A DNA stretch of 1,140 bases from a phage, in sequence record OR846308.1; one strand, written 5' to 3'. The notes beneath the pieces were generated by a model, which saw only the letters and a program-made list of their open reading frames with translations, made no database searches and was not told where the DNA came from. Both the position numbers and the translations under genes were made by a program. Numbering within the stretch: the first letter of the stretch is position 1; each line of letters opens with the position of its first letter. Below are positions 1 through 1,140 of the stretch, one piece after another.

Positions 1-24
1 CATTATCGGTTTTCCTTTTGGTTT

Positions 25-59
25 ATAAACGAAAACGCCAGCCCTGTTCAGGCTGGCGT
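25..59 (-). terminator. Rho-independent terminator for the minus-strand operon
   Basis: Perfect 9-bp GC-rich inverted repeat: arms 35..43 (ACGCCAGCC) and 51..59 (GGCTGGCGT), 7-nt loop 44..50. On the minus-strand transcript the stem is followed by UUUCGUUUAU (plus-strand 34..25). It sits 28 nt downstream of the small ORF stop. No T-run follows the hairpin on the plus strand, so it is directional. Confidence 0.7.
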
Positions 60-87
60 CAGTGGAATGAAGTATGGTGAGTGAGAC

Positions 88-285
88 TCACCGGTTCTGT
101 TGCAGAAGCTGCAGTTGGCGCAGGGTACGGACATCTTCCCTGACCTGTTCGATACAGGGCAACAATGCTGCCGAATCCGTTTTATCCTCATCGTTGTCGA
201 AGATAATTCCGGATTCGCTGTCGATATTGTCCTGCAGCCACGCAATCAGAATATCCAGTGCTGTTTCCGTGGTTAATGATTTCAT
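88..285 (-). CDS. Small acidic hypothetical protein, ~65 aa (possibly DUF957-like); alternative upstream start at 330 would give 80 aa
   Basis: Minus-strand ORF with stop TGA at 90..88. Preferred start is ATG 285..283, preceded by AGGAA (294..290) and lying 11 nt after the YeeW-like stop. The ATG at 330..328 has no visible SD and would overlap the upstream gene by 34 nt. Product MKSLTTETALDILIAWLQDNIDSESGIIFDNDEDKTDSAALLPCIEQVREDVRTLRQLQLLQQNR has about 13 acidic and 6 basic residues. Amino-acid composition looks protein-like, unlike the alternative-frame ORFs. DUF957 assignment is from memory and tentative. Confidence 0.6.
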   Translation of the reverse strand: MKSLTTETALDILIAWLQDNIDSESGIIFDNDEDKTDSAALLPCIEQVREDVRTLRQLQLLQQNR

Positions 286-294
286 GTTGTTCCT
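286..294 (-). promoter_or_regulatory. Shine-Dalgarno for the small acidic ORF
   Basis: Minus-strand TAA-CC-AGGAA-CAAC-ATG: AGGAA at 294..290 with a 4-nt spacer to ATG 285..283. Confidence 0.5.
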
Positions 295-296
295 GG

Positions 297-788
297 TTAC
301 CAGTCGAAAGTGGGTAAACCCGGCAGGCATTCAGCGCTGGCATCCAGATGAATGAGACTGACGCCATAACGCCGGATGAGTGTGACGACCAGACGACGGA
401 ACGTTTTTGACAGACCCAGGCGTTTAAGCCGCAGAACCGGGTACGACCACGCATCGGTACGCAACAGATAGCCGTTACCGGTAAAATGAATCCATTCTGA
501 TTCACCGAAGTCACTGGTCTGGTGTGACAGCGAGTACAGCCAGGCGTTGTCCGTTTCCGTGATATGTGCGGTACTGCAGCGTATGCCGGTAAGGGCAGTA
601 AATGGTGGCGTGCAGTCTGCTGAGGTCCGGTCAGATTCATCAACAACACGAAGGGAGTAGCCGTTATCGCAGACCATGTTAATCAGTTCAGCGAGCTCAA
701 TACCATCAATGTCAACGACAATTCGCCCCATGTTCAGTGCCTGTACGTTAACGCTGTCGGCTTCCAGTGTCAGGGCCAGTTTCATCAT
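297..788 (-). CDS. yeeW: YeeW-like hypothetical protein, 163 aa, function unknown
   Basis: Uninterrupted 163-codon minus-strand ORF, ATG at 788..786 (second in-frame ATG at 785..783), stop TAA at 299..297. The start overlaps the toxin stop (ATGA). A GGAGG Shine-Dalgarno (797..793 on the minus strand) lies 4 nt before the first ATG and 7 nt before the second. Position directly downstream of the toxin and the N-terminus [26 protein letters not shown] match my recollection of YeeW-family proteins; recollection only. Confidence 0.75.
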   Translation of the reverse strand: MMKLALTLEADSVNVQALNMGRIVVDIDGIELAELINMVCDNGYSLRVVDESDRTSADCTPPFTALTGIRCSTAHITETDNAWLYSLSHQTSDFGESEWIHFTGNGYLLRTDAWSYPVLRLKRLGLSKTFRRLVVTLIRRYGVSLIHLDASAECLPGLPTFDW

Positions 789-797
789 TTCGCCTCC
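783..797 (-). promoter_or_regulatory. Ribosome-binding site and ATGA stop/start overlap coupling the toxin gene to the YeeW-like gene
   Basis: Minus-strand sequence GGAGGCGAAATGATGAAA: GGAGG sits inside the last toxin codons, and the toxin TGA (787..785) overlaps the downstream ATG (788..786). Confidence 0.6.
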
Positions 798-1140
798 GGA
801 TACTTACCCAGGGTAATGTTATTTACCGTTCTGTAATTGTCGCGGGTCATCAGGCCGGTCGCCCTGCGAGCCCGGAGGATATCGATGCTGTTTATTAACT
901 GAGAGCGGGTACAGGCGCTGAATCCCGGCTGGTCGGTACGCACCAGCACGTATTTTTCCACGAGAAAGTTCACCGCATCACACAGTGAAATACCTGCCTC
1001 AATATGCTGCTCAATCACACGTTCATCAGCGAACGGTGTGTCATTCAGCGTGAGGCCGTAGTGCTGGTCCAGCAGACGGCCAAGCAGTGTCTGCCAGATG
1101 GTGACGGGAGACGGGCAGCGAGATACCTCCCGTACATGTG
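785..1140 (-). CDS. cbtA: CbtA/YeeV-family type IV toxin (cytoskeleton-binding toxin targeting FtsZ/MreB), C-terminal part; 5' end lies beyond the window (frame-aligned codon begins at 1138), stop TGA at 787..785
   Basis: The minus-strand frame is open from the window edge to the TGA at 787..785. It translates to ...[117 protein letters not shown]. From memory this is near-identical to E. coli CbtA-family toxins (YeeV, and most like YpjF); no alignment was run. The listed 77-aa ORF (785..1018) is only the stretch after an internal Met. A full-length protein of about 124 aa would start roughly 20 nt past the window end. Confidence 0.88.
   Translation of the reverse strand, partial: HVREVSRCPSPVTIWQTLLGRLLDQHYGLTLNDTPFADERVIEQHIEAGISLCDAVNFLVEKYVLVRTDQPGFSACTRSQLINSIDILRARRATGLMTRDNYRTVNNITLGKYPEAK

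Noticed and set aside
21-29. TATAAA-like motif that could be a plus-strand -10 element
   Set aside because: Any -35 element would lie outside the window, no plus-strand gene follows, and the motif is part of the A/T-rich tract of the minus-strand terminator.
48-245. 65-aa minus-strand ORF in an alternative frame
   Set aside because: It overlaps the small acidic ORF in a different frame and would run through the terminator hairpin. The Cys/Arg-rich composition is typical of a spurious frame.
74-355. 93-aa plus-strand ORF
   Set aside because: It is antisense to the small acidic ORF and the 3' end of the YeeW-like gene. It would read towards the hairpin without its own terminator, and the product is Ser/Cys-rich and low-complexity. 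Most likely a shadow ORF.
188-649. 153-aa minus-strand ORF in an alternative frame
   Set aside because: It lies wholly inside the YeeW-like and small-ORF region in another frame. The product is rich in Cys, Arg and His ([23 protein letters not shown]), as expected for off-frame translation of a real gene. No SD is evident.
1-1140. Search for CRISPR repeats, IS inverted repeats, tRNA or att-site direct repeats
   Set aside because: No periodic direct repeats, terminal inverted repeats, or tRNA-like structures were found by eye. The only convincing inverted repeat is the terminator hairpin at 35..59.

Overview
The window reads as the 3' end of a minus-strand operon of the kind found in enterobacterial cryptic-prophage islands (E. 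coli CP4-44 / CP4-57 / CP4-6-like). Three minus-strand genes run in series: (1) the C-terminal ~118 codons of a CbtA/YeeV/YkfI/YpjF-family type IV toxin, with its 5' end beyond the window; (2) an intact 163-aa YeeW-like gene of unknown function whose start overlaps the toxin stop in an ATGA junction; (3) a small acidic ~65-aa ORF of unknown function. A strong intrinsic terminator follows at about 25..59. I see no rRNA, tRNA, CRISPR array, IS element or integrase. All family assignments come from recalled protein sequences, not from a search. Nothing here looks like a wholly new system; the two downstream genes of unknown function are the part worth follow-up.
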